Shown: positions 61,968 to 64,000 of the stretch, in pieces
Position numbering within the stretch: position 1 is the first letter of the stretch
How the letters are laid out: every line of letters begins with the position of its first letter
Origin: Octopus sinensis
Taxonomy: Eukaryota
Assembly: GCF_006345805.1 (NCBI RefSeq)
Contig: NC_043010.1
Coordinates: 66,774,001 to 66,838,000 of the forward strand
Direction: 5' to 3'
DNA: 64,000 nucleotides
The notes under the pieces: model-generated
Seen by the model: the letters and a program-made list of their open reading frames with translations, nothing else
Told to the model about the DNA's origin: nothing
Databases searched by the model: none
Position numbers and translations under genes: made by a program

Positions 61968-63285
61968 TTGCGACTCTCTAGTTATTACCATTGATTCATG
62001 CAGAAAGAGAAAGGCATGCAATTAGGTGGTTTATAGTGACATACAACTGCTTATTTTTCTGGGGGTACAACTGGTTATCTAACTTCTGAAAGAATGCCAA
62101 TCTCTGAAGAGGACAAACCCTTTAACTTATTTCTTTATTGCCCACAAGGGGCTAAACATAGAGAGGACAAACAAGGACAGACGAAGGGATTAAGTCGATT
62201 ACATCAACCCCAGTGTGTAACTGGTACTTAATTTATCGACCCCGAAAGGATGAAAGGCAAAGTCGACTTTGGCGGAATTTGAACTCAGAACATAACGGCA
62301 GACGAAATACAGTTAAGCATTTTGCTTGATGTTCTAACGTTTCTGCCAGCTCGCCCTCTAACTTAACACACAAATTCAACATTTAATAAAAGGTGATGGA
62401 AACAGCAGTTGGGAGTAAGGCATAAAAAAAAAAAAAAAGCCATGTGGTTAAGGAGCTTGCATTAAAAATATGTAGTTTTGTAATGGTGGTGAGCTGGCAG
62501 AATCATTAGCATGCCGGGTGAAGTGCTTAGTGGTATTTTGTCTGCCGTTACGTTCCGAGTTCAAATTTGCCTTTCATCCTTTCAGGGTCGATAAATTAAG
62601 TACCAGCTACACACTAGGGTCGATGTAATCGACTTAATCCCTTTGTCTATCCTTGTTTGTCCTCTCTGTTTAGCCCCTTGTGGGCAATAAAGAAATAAGA
62701 AATGTTAGCACACTGCACTAAGTGCTTAGTGGTATTTCATCTGCCGTTAGGTTCTGAGTTCAAATTCCACTGAAGTCGATAAATCAAGTACTAGTTATGC
62801 ACTGGGGTCAATGTAATCAACTTAATCCCTTTGTCTGTCCCCTCTGTTTAGCCTCCTGTGGGCAATAAAGAAATATGTAATTTTGGGTTCTGTCCACTTG
62901 CACATCACTTGTACAAAAGCTCAATGCCTTGTAACTGGGTAGACGGAAACTGTGTGGAAGCCCGTCATGTGCGTGTATGTCTCAATAACTTAACGGTTTA
63001 GCAGAAGTAATCACTAAAATAGACACCAGATTTAAGAACTGGGGTCGATTTGACTACACACTTCAAGACGGTGCTCCAGCATGGGCGCCCTCCAATGACT
63101 AAAACAAGAGACAATGAATTCCCCACTCTTCTCCATGGTCAGTAAGGTTTCCATAAAGCCATACAAACTGGTGTCTGTCCTTCATTAGTAATCTCTTATT
63201 AAAGACTTCAGCAAATACAAACCCTCAGGCTACCCCTTACACGAGGACCCCTTTGCTTAATTCCAAACCTCTATGTGTTTCTTAC

Positions 63286-63330
63286 TGGATCGGAAAATCT
63301 GTCAGATCGTACTGCGACAGTGAAGTTTAC
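63286..63330 (-). other. possible non-coding 5' exon
   Basis: CCA|GTAAGA donor in unique, non-repeat sequence upstream of c1; 5' boundary not defined. Confidence 0.25.
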
Positions 63331-64000
63331 ATACATTGTCTATACATGTTGTATACCACAAGTTCTACATGCTGTTGTATGCCTCATGCCTACACCTAAG
63401 CATACCTACTGAGGCAGGAGGTGTACCACAACAACATGTATAACTTACCATGGATAATGTGTAGACTACTTCCACACTATGTGAGGTATACTACACAACT
63501 GTAATCTATCCTATCCCTGATCTGATGACATGGACATCAAATACAGGCTACTTCGTTTAATATGACGTATAAACTACGCATTGCAATGTGATGCAATTCC
63601 ACCTGTACGATATGTTTAATATATAGTCACTGCATTACGGTATCATTCAGTCACTCTCCCAATATCAGAACACCCTAAAAAAATTATCTTATTCCAACCC
63701 ACTTCACCAAGTAATTGTTAATTCACACCATTAACGGAGATAAACAAGTTTTCTATAATTGGTAACTGGCGAGACTAGTGAGGCTTAAACAGTATTTGCA
63801 GTATATTTTCATCGATCCGAATTGGTTTTTTCCCCAGACATTTTCATAATTTAAAGCATTAATCCGTTCTGTATAAATACGGTGAAGAAAAACTCTATTA
63901 TACAAGACTAATTTTTAGGATATTAAATACGATTCACAGAAATGAAATATTTCTTCATACATAAAGGTAGTAGGTAGTTTGTAAGAATATTGCTTTTATC

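Overview
Eukaryotic, AT-rich, repeat-dense window, probably octopus (inferred from the SINE/LINE families, not from a database search). One long gene dominates it: RRP12-like (HEAT-repeat ribosome-biogenesis factor) on the minus strand. I traced 28 GT-AG exons from 41900 down to 2025 (3234 nt, 1078 codons) that join in one phase-consistent frame. A 200-nt exon at 61086-61285 lies beyond a 19-kb intron, with two less certain 5' exons. The last ~100 aa lie off the left edge. The introns hold an RTE LINE (open RT frame with an embedded PHD-type finger and a tandem-repeat 3' UTR), many RTE 3' stubs, CR1 and L1/Tx1-like fragments, several tRNA-derived SINE families, Tc1/mariner remnants, hAT, piggyBac-like and Mutator-like MITEs, and non-autonomous Helitrons. 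Two leads stand out. (1) Several Penelope-type minimal hammerhead-ribozyme motifs, including a tRNA-headed, TSD-flanked SINE carrying one and a 230-bp palindrome made of two inverted hammerheads. (2) A 125-codon acidic in-frame read-through of the 61-kb exon, which is either a short RRP12 isoform or a nested partial paralog. All calls were made by eye; no searches or folding were run.
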